Position numbers and translations under genes: made by a program | Shown here: positions 25,581 through 37,971 of the stretch, piece after piece | Layout: each line of letters begins with the position of its first letter | How positions within the stretch are numbered: position 1 is the stretch's first letter | NCBI GenBank assembly: GCA_964016885.1 | Contig: OZ024741.1 | Coordinates: 74,152,001 to 74,216,000 of the forward strand | Source: Eledone cirrhosa | Taxonomy: Eukaryota | DNA length: 64,000 nt | Direction of reading: 5' to 3' | The notes under the pieces: model-generated | The model's input: only the letters and a program-made list of their open reading frames with translations | What the model was told of the DNA's origin: nothing | Database searches by the model: none

Positions 25581-26562
25581 TCTGTATATATATAAAATTA
25601 AGTATGTGTGTGTGTATGTGTGTCTGTGTATTACCTATAGGGGTCTACATCTTACGACCGATTTTCATGAAACTTTACAGGCTCATAGATTAGTCATCGG
25701 GGAGTGTTTTCTATATATCAGCGTATCGTTTTTTTTATTCCGAGATCATTCTGCAGATAAAAATCGATAGGGGGGAGGGGGTCACCTTTTTTTAGGTGTT
25801 GAAAAATAAGAGTTTTGGCTCTAGCTCCCACATTTTGCCACTGATTTCGTTCAAATTTTAAAGCAAAATAGAATTTATCATTGCACATCTTATAATGGCT
25901 TTATATTTTGCATTTGTTGTTCAGGGACGGTGTGGCAGCCACTTAAATATTCAAAAGTACCACTTTTAGACTCAAATTTCCACTTTTCCGGCTCTAGCTC
26001 CCACATTAATCAACCTACTTTGTTCAAATTTTACACTACGCTCGATCTGATTATTTCACGTCTTAAAGTGGCCGCATAAATATTCAAAAATACCACCTTT
26101 TCGCTCAAATTTCCGCCTTTTCAGCTCTAGCTCCCACATTTTTCAACTGATTTCGTTCAAATTCGAAACTTCGGCTCAACCTAACACATAATTCAATTTA
26201 TTTGGTTCAACTTTTATACTACAATAGAACCTATCATTGCAAATCTTATAGATGGTCAAAGGCAAAACGATGGCCACTGACGTCGTCTGAGCTTTTAGTT
26301 GTGTATTTGAGAATTCATCGGTTTCCAATCAAGTAGCGTGAGGAAATTTGGCTTAGTGTTAGAGGTCATTACCTCCCTCCGCCAGCATGCCCCTTCGTCA
26401 GTCACCCGCGTTTCTCAGTGATAGAGGTCATCACCACCCTCCCCCGCATGGCCTGTGTGTGGCCATAGATGAGTCATTGAGAAGCAGTCGCTAAGATCAA
26501 CACCTTTTCATCAAAGCAGATATTATTTTACCTACCCAGGCAACGCTGGGTACTGCTGCTAG
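25581..26562 (+). mobile_element. Non-autonomous Helitron
   Basis: 5' TC(TGTATATATATAAAA). 3' hairpin TACCCAG-GCAACG-CTGGGTA (26533-26552) followed by CTAG. Inserted between A and T. Internal GCTCTAGCTCCCACATT repeats occur three times. Confidence 0.85.
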
Positions 26563-26576
26563 TATATATATATATA

Positions 26577-29500
26577 AGACAGATTCTATGAGACACTGAT
26601 GCTAACTACCTCCCAAATATCCGACAGTGACTATATAATTATTGCAGGCGACCTAAATGGTCACGTTGGACAACATTGTGACGGCTACGCCGAAATCCAT
26701 GGAGGCTATGGGTTTGGTACTAGAAATGAGGAAGGCTCCAGAATCCTGGAATTCTGTGATGCAAATAACCTAACTATCTGTAACACTAACTTCAAAAAAC
26801 GTGACAATCACCTGATCACCTATAGATCCGGGGAACACACAAGCCAGGTAGATTATATCCTTACCAGAAGACGTGACAGAGTGTCTGTTGTAAACACTAA
26901 ATCCCTCCCCCATGAAGAATGCACCTCCCAACATAGACTGATAATTAGCGACCTCATAGTCAGGATGAGACGTACTCGACAGCAGAAGAGGACTATCCTC
27001 AGGAGAAAAATATGGAAGCTAAAGGACCCCACAGCCAGGAATAAATTTCAAAGCATATTACTTGATGCTTTCAACAGTAAGGAAGAACATTTAGAGTCGG
27101 ACAATATAGAGGGAGAGTGGGAATTTCTGAAAGCAAACCTGCTGTTGGCGACAGAAAAAGTCTGTGGCTGGAGTAGGCCTGTAGACAGGAGGAGAGTAAC
27201 ATGGTGGTGGAACAGTAAGGTGGAGGGGTCAATTAAGGCCAAAAAGCAGGCTTGGAAAGTATGGCGGGATGGGGGAAGTAGAGAAGACTATCAAGTGGCC
27301 AGGAGGGAAGCTAGGAGACAAGTGTAGTTAGCAAGAAGGAAAGCTGAGGAAAGAAAGTTCAAGCATGTTCTACAACGCGATGACCAAAAACGTGAGGTGT
27401 TCAGGATTGCTAGGCAATGCGTCAAGGAAAACCATGATATTGTCGGGGAGAAGTGTGTACTAAACGATGATGGCACACTTGCCATCACCGACGCTGATAA
27501 GAAGGTAGCTTGGAAGTGTCACTATGAAAGGCTACTAAATGAGGAGAATAAATGGGAGAAAGACAGTCTCCCCCATATCGACCCAATAGAGGGACCAGCA
27601 GTGTTAGTCGAGGGGAGTATAATAAGTAAGGCAATCAAGGATATGAAGACGGGTAAGGCAGCTGGGCCTTCGGAAATAGTTGCTGAGATGCTGAAGGCAT
27701 CTGGCACGGTGGGACACACCATGGTCACCCGCATAGTTAACCAAGTCGTACAGAATGGGGTTGTTCCGAAGGACTGGCATAGCAGCATCATCGTTAACTG
27801 TTATAAGGGTAAAGGAGACGCCCTAGATAGGAGTAACTATAGAGGCATTAAATTAATCGACCAGGTCATGAAGGTCACGGAAAAAGTAATAGCACAACTA
27901 ATCAGAGAGAGAATTGACCTAGATGAAATGCAGTTCGGGTTTGTGTCAGGCAAAAGTACCACAGACGCTCTTTTCATTGTACGACAACTACAGGAGAAGT
28001 ACCAAGCTAAAGGTAAACCCCTCTACTTAGCTTTTGTCGACTTGGGAAAGCCTTCGACAGAGTCCCCTGCTCCATTATCTGGTGGGCTCTTAGAAAACTA
28101 GGCGTTGACGAATGGCTTGTGAGAGCTATACAAGCCATGTATAAAGAAACAGTCAGCAAGGTTAGAATTAACAACGAATATAGTGAAGAGTTTAGCGTAA
28201 AAGTTGGCGTCCATCAGGGCTCTGTTCTCAGCCCCCTACTATTTATTATTGCCCTTCAGGCTATAACAGAGGAGTTCAAGACCGGCTGCCCATGGGAACT
28301 CCTATACGCAGACGACCTGACACTCATAGCGGAATCAATGGCCGAGCTAGAGAAGAAATTCCAAACATGGAAGCACGGCCTAGAATCAAAAGGCCTTAAA
28401 ATTAACCTGGCTAAGACTAAAGTTCTAGTTTGTAGGAAAGAAAATAAGGCGGCGGTCCCTTCTGGGAAATGGTCATGCTCGGTGTGTAGGAAAGGCGTAG
28501 GTAGAAACTCCATTTTATGTCCTAAATGCAAAGTATGGGTGCATAAAAGATGTAGTGGGATCACAGGTAAGCTAACTAAGAACATAGATTTTACATGTGG
28601 CTGGTGCTCTGGTGCAATAAGTAGCAGCAAGTGCCCACAAAATACTAGCTCTTTCAATTGCGCAGAGGGTTCTATAGAAATAGTGGACAGTTTCCGTTAC
28701 CTGGGTGATAAAATCAGCAGTGGGGGAGGGTGCTCTGAAAGTACAGTAGCTAGAGTCAGAACTGGTTGGAAAAAGTTCAGAGAGTACCACTATTAGCTGC
28801 TAAAGGGTTCTCCCTAAAAATGAAAGGCAGGTTGTACGATGCCTGCATACGAACAGCAATGTTGCATGGCAGTGAGACCTGGGCATTGTGTGCAGACGAT
28901 ATACGCAGACTAGAGAGGAACGAAGCTTGCATGCTCCGCTGGATGTGTAACAGTAATATACATGAACGGCAAAGCATAAACGAACTAAGGAAAAAATTAG
29001 AAATAAGAGGGATCAGATGTTGTTTACTCGAGAGAAGGCTACGTTGGTATGGACACGTGATGCGCATGAAAGTCGATAGCTGTATAACAAAGTGCAGGGC
29101 AATAAAGATAGACGGTAGCCACGGAATAGGCAGACCTAGAAAAACCTGGGACGAGCTGATAAACTCCGACCTCACACACTTACACCCCTCCAAGACAATG
29201 TCACTGGACCGAGACCTTTGGCGGTACTCAGTAACAGAGAAGACCCGCCTTACCTAAATACATAGTAAAACCTACTACAGCCAGTAGGCATCTCTAACAA
29301 AATAACCCCCCCCCCCGTCCCACCACCCCCACCACCCCGTTCTATGTAAAGTTATGTTGGTGCCACACCATCCAGCCGGAAACAAATGAGATCGTGTAGG
29401 TGTCACGAAAAAAAACACACAGTCCACGCTGTAATGTGGCCGTGTAGGCAACACGGTAAAAACCTCCCAGACCCACACTGTAAATGTGGTTGGTGTTAGG

Positions 29501-29638
29501 ATGGGCATCCAACTGTAGAAAACCTGCCAGACAGTCCTATGCGAGCAAGACAATCACTCTTGCCTCAAGTGGGACTACCCCCGTCCAAACCCATGCAAGC
29601 GTGGAACACGGACGTTAAACGTTGATGATGATGATGAT
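26577..29638 (+). mobile_element. RTE-clade LINE, 5'-truncated, few disablements (APE endonuclease, RT, Cys/His finger, 3' UTR, (TGA)n tail)
   Basis: Motifs GDLNGHVG, SQVDYIL, SQHRL, NYRGIKL, QFGF, AFVDL, GVHQGSVLSP and LLYADD. One stop (27325-27327) and two frameshifts. Confidence 0.96.
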
Positions 29639-29754
29639 ATATACACACACACACACACACACATACACATATATATACACACACACACATATATATACAC
29701 ACGGAAAAAATGAAACAAAATTTCATTTCCCACTCTTCGTACGGCTGTTACTTA

Positions 29755-30203
29755 AATATAAGTATGTACACGTACATACATATATGTATACAGACGTACA
29801 GTAGTATGTATATATATATATATACATACATGCACACATATATATATGTACGTATGGATTCACCGAACATTTATTATAATGCTCGGTGTGTTTGTAAACA
29901 AACATCCCATATTAAGCCGTACAGTGTCCAGCAACCATCGTTGCTCGTTTGTTCAACACTGATAGCTAATAAGCTTGAAACTAGTACAGCGTTCCTTTGT
30001 CAGTGTTGAACAAACGAACAACGATGGTTGCTGGACACTGTACGGCTTAATACGGGATGTTTGTTTACAAACACACCAAGCATTATAATAAATGTTCGGT
30101 TAATCCATACATACATATATATATGTGTGCATGTATGTATATATATATACATACTACTGTACGTCTGTATACATATATGTATGTACGTGTACATACTTAT
30201 ATT
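29755..30203. repeat. Near-perfect ~205 bp inverted repeat with 37-nt spacer (fold-back or MITE)
   Basis: Arms 29755-29962 and 30000-30203, with about five substitutions plus (TA)n length differences. Confidence 0.92.
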
Positions 30204-30279
30204 ATATACACACACTCACACATATATATATACACACACACACATATATATATATACATATACACAGACACACACTTAT

Positions 30280-32050
30280 ATTCACTACGGAGGAGAGGAA
30301 GGAGAATATGGAAGTGATGAAGGAAGAACTCTGTACCGCTTACACTGAGGCCAGAGAGGAGGCACTGATAGAGAAGATCAGAAGCGTGGCGAGAGTGGTT
30401 GACAGGTCTAGGTGTAAAGAGAGCTGGACGATCATCAACGAGATCACAGGGTGGAAGGGTGGGAGTTTGAGTCAGATCCAGGGAACAGGGCCCGAACATA
30501 GGAACAGGAAATGGCTGGACCATTTTAGGACCCTACTAGGAAAGCCACCCTTCACAGCCCAGAACACTGGGGAGATCAAGCAGCTGTTTGAGGAACTGGA
30601 TATTGAGACAGGACCCTTCACCAGAGAGGAGCTTCAGAGAGCCAAGAAGAAGATCAAGGAAGGCAAGGCCCATGGAGAAGATAGAGTGGCATCAGAGGTG
30701 ATGAAGAGGTGTGATTTTGATGATATCATCCTGGAGTTCTGTAACCAGCCACTGGAGAAAGGAGTTGCCACGAATCAGTGGAGGATCAGTAACATCGTTC
30801 CAGTGCCAAAGAAGGGAGATCTCTCTAACACCAACAACTACAGGGGGATCTCACTGACGTCACTTGTGGCAAAGACCATCAACAGGATGATTCTTAACAG
30901 GATCCAGCCTGAGATGGAGAAGAAGTTCAAGGACAACCAGAACGGCTTCAGTCGCATCCTGATGCTGAGGAGGATATTAGAGGGAGCTAGAGCAAAGAGC
31001 CTTCCTGCTGTCATGGTTTTCATTGACTTTAGGAAGGTCCTTGATTCTGTGGACCGTCACTGACTGATGAAAATCTTACAGGCTTATGGAATCCCAAGAA
31101 GATAGTGGACCTGATATCACTGCTCTACACCAACACCAAAGCCCAAGTCATGACACATGATGGGATGACAAAGTTCTTTGAGATACTGGCTGGAGTGCTC
31201 CAGGGAGATACATTGGTTCTCTACCTATTTATCATCGCAGTGGACAATTGTATGTGCCTTGCGCTAGAGAAACACCGGGAGTCTGGCTTTACTGTAGCAC
31301 TGGCTCAAATCAGGAGAGTTAAGGTGAAAAAGATGTCGAATTTGCTGACGACATAGTTCTGGTGACAAACACAGTGATGGATGCAGAGAAGTTGATGCAG
31401 GAGGTAGAGACTGTATCGATGGGTGTGGGGCTGAGAATGAATGATATTAAAATGAAGTATCTGGTAGAGAACATTAAGAAGCCAGAGAAGATTATGAACA
31501 TAGGCGAGAAGCCGCTAGTGTTGATTGAGGACTTCCTGTATCTGTGAGCAAAGATTGGAATACAAAGGATGATGTGGTTGAGAGGAAGAACAAAGCCTGG
31601 GTGGCATGCCACAGTTTGAGATCGGTGTGTAAGTTGGACCTTCGTAAAGACCTGAAGATCTGTCTCTTTGTTGCTACAGTGGAGTCTGTGCTACTGTACA
31701 GGTGTGAGACTTTGACACTGACCAAGAAACTCACTCAGATGGTGGATGGGTGCTACACAAGAATGCTGAGGATGGCTCTGAACATTAATCAGTATACACT
31801 GAGGACGAAGAACTCAGAGCTGTATGGGAGCCTCCCAAAAGTCAGCTCGAAAGTAACACAGAGGAGACTGAGGTTAGCTGGACATGCTCACTGACATTCA
31901 GATACACTAGAAGAGGGAGACTGAGGTTGACATATGTTGATGCCCTAAGGACAGACACAGCTCTCTTGGAGACGCAGGACATGGCGGCGATGATGAAGGA
32001 CAGAGACTGCTAGAGAGAACTCATCCATGTATCTCGGGAATTTTACTCAC
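30280..32050 (+). mobile_element. Second RTE/RTEX-like LINE family, decayed RT
   Basis: Motifs NYRGISLTS, QNGF, FIDFRK, GVLQGDTL, EFADDIVL, TVESVLLY and RLRLAGH, with frameshifts. Confidence 0.9.
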
Positions 32051-32197
32051 CCTAGATAGAGATATTCACACATATATAAATAAATATAGATAGACCTACA
32101 TATGTGGCCCAAGACAGAAAAAAGAAAACAGATGTTTGTGTGTATATTATATGTATATTTAAGACATAAATCAAGGAAAACAATAACAATCCTTTAC

Positions 32198-32318
32198 CAT
32201 TATCTATGAGGTACTTCACCATATCCTTCTGACCAATACTAGCAGCATGGTGAAGAGCAGTCATTCCAAACTGATCCTGAGTTAAAAAGTTGGCACCATC
32301 TTGATGAAGGATATGCAA
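32198..32318 (-). CDS. DGKZ: DGK exon 8 of 12 (ankyrin repeat)
   Basis: ttcag|...G|gtaaag. Encodes LHILHQDGANFLTQDQFGMTALHHAASIGQKDMVKYLIDN. 121 nt, phase 0 to 1. Confidence 0.95.
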
Positions 32319-32430
32319 CTGAAAGAGAAATACAAACATACTAATGTTTTCTTCACCATATTTTCAACGAAAGACATTGCTTATAATTTTCAAATTAATT
32401 TTGGAGGATTTAATGATATAAATAACCTTC

Positions 32431-32800
32431 ATTGGCAGTATCAGTAGAGGGTCTGACGCTATGCTTTGCAGCAAAGAGTTACGCCCCTTTATGGTTTGAG
32501 TTCAAATCCCGCCGAGGTTAACTTTGCCTTTCATCCTTACGGGGTCGATAAAATAAAGTACCAGTAATGCACTGGATAATTGCTGGCCTTGTGCCAAAAG
32601 TAGAAACAATTATTAAGAAAAATGTCGGTAGAGAGTCGGACACCATGCTTTGAAGCATAGAGTTACGTCCCTTTATGATCTGAGTTCAAATCCCGCCGAG
32701 GTTAACTTTGCCTTTCAACCTTACGGGGTCGATAAAATAAAGTACCAGTAATGCACGGGGTAATTGCTGGCCTTGTGCCAAAAAGTAGAAACAATTATTA
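32431..32800 (+). mobile_element. Tandem dimer of tRNA-derived SINE, inverted relative to 20668-21045
   Basis: Two units containing GAGTTCAAATCCCGCCGAGGTTAACTTTGCC. Roughly 90% identical by eye to the reverse complement of the 20668-21045 units. Confidence 0.87.
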
Positions 32801-33533
32801 AGAAAAATGTGAAGGGTTCATAACTCCTGATAGAATTGTAGGGATGCCATCTTGACACATGGTGTATCTTGGACATTTTAAATGTGGTGGAGCCCAACAC
32901 AGCTGATGTCATCAAGTGAGAGAGGAATCAACTCCAGCAGAGGACTTGAACTTAACTTATCGACCTCAAAAGGATAAAAGGCAAAGCTGATCCCAATAGG
33001 ATTGGAACTCAGAATACAGTGAGCCAGAACAAGTACCAAGATATTTATCAGATGCCATAATTATTATGCCAATGATGCAACATGTATGTGGTTATTTGCT
33101 CTACTGGAAATAACAGCTAAATATCCCACAAACCACAGCCTACTGCCTTAAAAAAGGACATTTGACATTCTTGAAAAATGGCAGAGAGTCATGGTTTGAA
33201 CATTTTTGGTCACATGTCTGCTTGATAACCAGAAATTATACAGATTCATATCAAAGACATTTGTTACCATATTTCTATGTTTTTCAAATAATTTTGAAAA
33301 TAATCAAGAATTTAGAGGGATGTTGTAATATAAATAAATTTATATATACACACATATACATTTGGAAACAGAGAGAGAAAGAGAGAGGCAGAAACATAGA
33401 TAGATAGAGAGATGTATAAATAGATACACAGCTAAGTGATGAATAGATAGACACACAGTTAGACAGCTGAGAGAGAGAACACTATCTATATTGCATTGAA
33501 ATAGAAAAGAAAAACAAAACAAATTTTGTTATA

Positions 33534-34626
33534 TAGCAGGTTATAACAAAAGCACTGTCCTTTTTTAAGAAAGTAAATCTCGCATTATATTTGGAATAGG
33601 CTGAAATCACAAATGTTTTATTTTCTTTCAGATTTTGTCAAATTTATCTTTATTGAAGCTGTTGTATTGGCTCCAAACACATATGGAGATGGCGTAGTGA
33701 CTGAGAGAACATGCAGGAGATGATTTTAATGATTCAGAAACAGGGACTATAGCCTGCAAGATGAATAAAAAAAAGGGTGCTCAAGAGGGCTGGATTCTGA
33801 TACATTGGAAGTTGTTGTTGATGCAGTTCAGAAACTAAGCACGGACTTCAATATGAATTATACCACCATTCATTGGAAATTAAAAAGGCTTGGTAAAGTG
33901 TCAAAGGTTCTGCAAAATCTTTCTGCAGACAATCACAACAACATGTTGACTGCTGTACATTACAGCGTTCTTGTGAGCTACAAATGTCTCTTTTGAACAG
34001 AATTATTACTGGAGATGAGAAATAGATACTTTACCATGATGTTGAGTGAAGACATCATGGTGATGAGCCAGCTCAGCAGCCCAGAAGTGGCCTGCATCCA
34101 AGGAAGATTCTTCTGAGTGTGAGGTGGAATATGCAGGGAATAATTAACCATGAAATGCAAGGCGATAATTATGCAATAACAGATGAAGTCTATTGCCAAC
34201 AGCTAAGATGTTTGAAAGCAGCTTTTCAGCAAAAATGTCCATTGAACATAAAAGGAGTCATCCTTCATCATAATAGTGCTAGATCTCACATTGCAAAAAT
34301 GACCAAAGATCTAGAAAAATATGCCTGGGAAATTATGCTTCACTCACAATATTCCCCAGACCTCGCACCAACAGATTACCATCTCTTTAGAAGTTTTCAC
34401 ACTCATTCGAGTGGATTAAGACTTACTTCAAGAGAAGTCGAAAATGAGTTTGTTTCCTTTTTTAGTTCAAAACTTAAAGAGTTTTATAAATGTGGCATTA
34501 AAAAACTTATTGAGAGGTCATAGAAGAAAATTGTTATTACATTAACAATTAAATAAATCTGATATTGTTTTTAGTATTGATTTTTGAGCCTTAAAAAACA
34601 GTCAGAACTTTTGTTACAACCTGATA
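33534..34626 (+). mobile_element. Mariner (DD34D) transposon relic
   Basis: TIRs TAgcaggttataacaaaag / cttttgttacaacctgaTA. Motifs ITGDEK, ILHHNSARSH and YSPDLAPTDYHLF. Confidence 0.92.
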
Positions 34627-34715
34627 CAAAACAGTTTTATGAAAACCAAAACAAAAAAAATGAAGGATAAAACAGTTCATAAATTTTTCAAGAAATTTTC
34701 ATTTATTTTTCTTAC

Positions 34716-34753
34716 CTTTTGTAAATCTCCATTTTTAGAGGCATCAATGACCA
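34716..34753 (-). CDS. DGKZ: DGK exon 7 of 12 (start of ankyrin region)
   Basis: tttag|...AAG|gtaag. Encodes MVIDASKNGDLQK. 38 nt, phase 1 to 0. Confidence 0.9.
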
Positions 34754-36239
34754 CTAAAAGAAAAAAACAAAACAAAAAAATAACTGAATCAAGTGATAAA
34801 TATGTTGGCATTTAATCTAATTTCTAGCAGTTATAGAAAATAAAATTTCACAAACACCTATTCAACTGGTAAGAAAATTGGGTAGGGAGGATTCTTCAGT
34901 GATGTCAATGACCTAACTGGTGCCATCTTCAGTCACATCAAAGACTTAACAACCTCTCTAGTCTACATGCAATGATAAAATACACTCAGTACACTCTGGA
35001 AAAAGGTTGGCATTCAGTTGTTGAAACGATGCCAACAACTGGAATGTAAACAAGACATAGGAGGAAGGTAGCTCTAATTAAATACTGGCTTTGATGCATC
35101 TAACCCATGCTACCATGGACAAGCAGATAAAATTATGATGATGATATATCAACCCCAGTACTTATTTTGCACAGAGACAAATTTGATGTGCATGAAACAA
35201 CCCAGCATGAATGTGCTGAGAGAGAAACTGTGTCTGAGAGGGATAGAATGTAGTGTGCAAGAATGGAGACTGAGGTGGTATGGACATGTGATGCGCATGC
35301 AGGATGACCGATGGGTGAAGAAGTGCAAGGAAATACCAGTGAAGGAAGACGTGGTAGAGGTAGACCACAAAAAACATGGGCGGAGGTGGTGAGAACAGAC
35401 CTCAGATCGCTGAAGCTCACGGTGGAGATGACGAAGGACCGTGACAAGTGGAGAGATGCTGTGCTGAATAAGACCCGTCCCACCCTTGCAAGCAGGGAAA
35501 AGGGGATGTAAAATGATGATGATGATGATGAAAGCACCCTATCTGACTTTTTAACAACTCTGCCAACCTACCACCCCTGAACTGGAATTTTATTTATAGA
35601 ATATAAATTGCAAAGTTGAACTTGGTGGGATTTGAACTCAAAGCACAGTGAGATGGAACAAATATCATAGCATTTAATCTGATACCTTAAAAACACTGCC
35701 TATTTGTCACCTTAAAAAATGAACTTAAAAGCAGGCATATTTATATACATTTTCTAGTTTATTTTCATCAACCCAGGTTGAATAAGTTGGTCCTCCAGAC
35801 TAACAAAATGTATGTACCTGGTATGGTGCCATTGTAGTAACTGACCTTAATAATTATATAAATATATATGTATATATACACACTACACATATATATATCT
35901 TGTAAGGTGGTTGGCATTAGTAAGGGCATTCAGTGGTAGAAAATCAAGCCCAAAACAGATGCTATGCACAAGACGTGGTCACCTAACCCATCAGTGTGAC
36001 AGCCTGTTTAACACATGCAACCTTGGAAAATAGATGTTGAGCAGTGATGATGATATATATAAATGTGTGTCTATATCTGTGGTTACATTTGTGCTTATGT
36101 TATGTCCGATGGAAAGAGATCAATAAAATTTAACATCAGACTTGTAAAAATAAGTACTGGGGTTGATATTTGAAATTGGTACCCTAACATAGCTGCTGTT
36201 TAATAACTGAAACCAGCAAAAGTATACTTATACAGTGGG

Positions 36240-36460
36240 GAATGAATTGCCGATGTTGAATGCCTCTTGATTTCATTTATCTTCATGGATTTTCATGCTG
36301 ATTAAATGCACTTATCACATTGAGTTGAACCTAATCATCAAACAGGCCCTAGCCAGAGTCAATATCCCTTTAATTGTGGAGCCAGCTGGATTGTCCAAGG
36401 ACAATTTTATGAGGCCCAAAGGTTTTACGAGTTGTTCTTGGTCTATGGGATGCCACTATC
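36240..36460 (+). mobile_element. CRE-like restriction-like endonuclease relic
   Basis: Encodes HIELNLIIKQALARVNIPLIVEPAGLSKDNFMRPKGFTSCSWSMG, resembling H..LN.IIK.AL...IP...EP.GL.R.D..RPDG.T..PW..G. Confidence 0.6.
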
Positions 36461-36576
36461 AGCAACCTTTTCATTCTTTCTCACATATTGGATACTGCAG
36501 CAAAGGTGTGGAGTCACTGCAGTCATAGCTGAATAGAATATACTATTAAGGTACCATAAATTATGGTATTTCAGTA

Positions 36577-36742
36577 CCGTATTTCCCGGTATCGAAGACG
36601 CTACTTTTCTCCTAAAATAAGTCCCAAAAATCTACCATGCGTCCTGGAGGCCGAAGGTTATTTATTATTTTTGATTAATTTTTGGTATCAAAACTTGGGT
36701 GCGTCCTCAAGGACAAAGCGTTTTCAGCGCTGGGAAATACGG
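36577..36742. mobile_element. pogo/Tc2-type MITE
   Basis: TA-CCGTATTTCCC ... GGGAAATACGG-TA, i.e. TIRs with a TA duplication. Confidence 0.85.
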
Positions 36743-37117
36743 TAGTTTATTCCATTCAGCTATAATGGTTTCTGATTTAGGCACAAGGCTAACAACCTGG
36801 TGGGGAGGGGACAGTCAATTAAATTGAATCCAGTGCATTGCTGATACTTTATTTTATTGATCCCGAAAGACAAAGCTAACTTTGGCAGGTTTTGATCTCA
36901 GCACGTAAAGGGCCGTAACTCCATGCTGCGAAGCATGGTGTCCAACACTCCACCAATACTGCCAAGCATAGTTAAATAATTGTTTCTACTTTTGGCACAA
37001 GGCCAGCAATTGTACCAGTGGTACTTTATTTTATCGACCCCATAAGGATGAAAGGCCAAGTTAACCTCGGAGAGATTTGAACTCAGTCCGTAAATAATGG
37101 TGAACAAAACAACTCAC

Positions 37118-37197
37118 TTTGGTCTAAAGGGTTAAGGCAGTGTTGTGGTTCCACAATACGCAATGGAAATTTGTCACCAGGGAATTCAGGCTGACAA
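37118..37197 (-). CDS. DGKZ: DGK exon 6 of 12 (linker)
   Basis: tatag|...|gtgagt. Open frame SCQPEFPGDKFPLRIVEPQHCLNPLDQ. Its phase 2 to 1 exactly bridges the flanking exons. No recognisable homology, so the call rests on phase and splice sites. Confidence 0.8.
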
Positions 37198-37971
37198 CTA
37201 TAAAGAGATTAAAAGAGATTGCATGTAGATAGGAAATAAGCAGAAATATTTACACACACAAACATGAGTATTCAAACAAGGATGGAAAAGAAAGGAGCTG
37301 ATTATCAAACCAAATCAAGAAAACTATATTTCTATTGGTCTTTTCATTGCTGATATTATCTGCCAGTCGCAACTCTTGGTAGAAACATGACTGCTTTTCA
37401 GGATTTGAACTCAGAATCCACTAAGGCAGAACAGATACTGCAAGGCATCCCATGCAACATTTTAGCAATTCTGCCAATCCACTGCCCCTGAACTAATGAT
37501 TTATTTATTGACCCCGAAAGGATCAAATTCAAAATTGATTTCAGATGGGTACTTTAAAAGCACTGCTTATGTTATATAAACAAACTTCAGTCTTACTTAA
37601 AGTACACAATGAAAACATATTCCATCATGGAATTTGTTCAACACAATTTTATATTCAAGAACTTGGGGCGATTTAGTAATATAACTAAATCCTCATTATT
37701 AAGCTGATGTTTGGAGCATAGTCTAATAAAGGTTCTTATATAAATTATGATGGATGGTTTTTAGATATAAACATTTAAACCTTTTTTTTTTAATACCAAA
37801 CTGCTTGAAACTGCTCATAGTTCTACATTACAAAACTGTTTTAAAGTGTTATATCTATCTAAAAACCTTTCATCATAATTTCATGTAAGAACCATTGTTA
37901 AGTTATGCTCAAAACATCAGTTTAATAATGACAAAATTAGTTATATTACCAAATTCCTCCAAATTCTGGAT

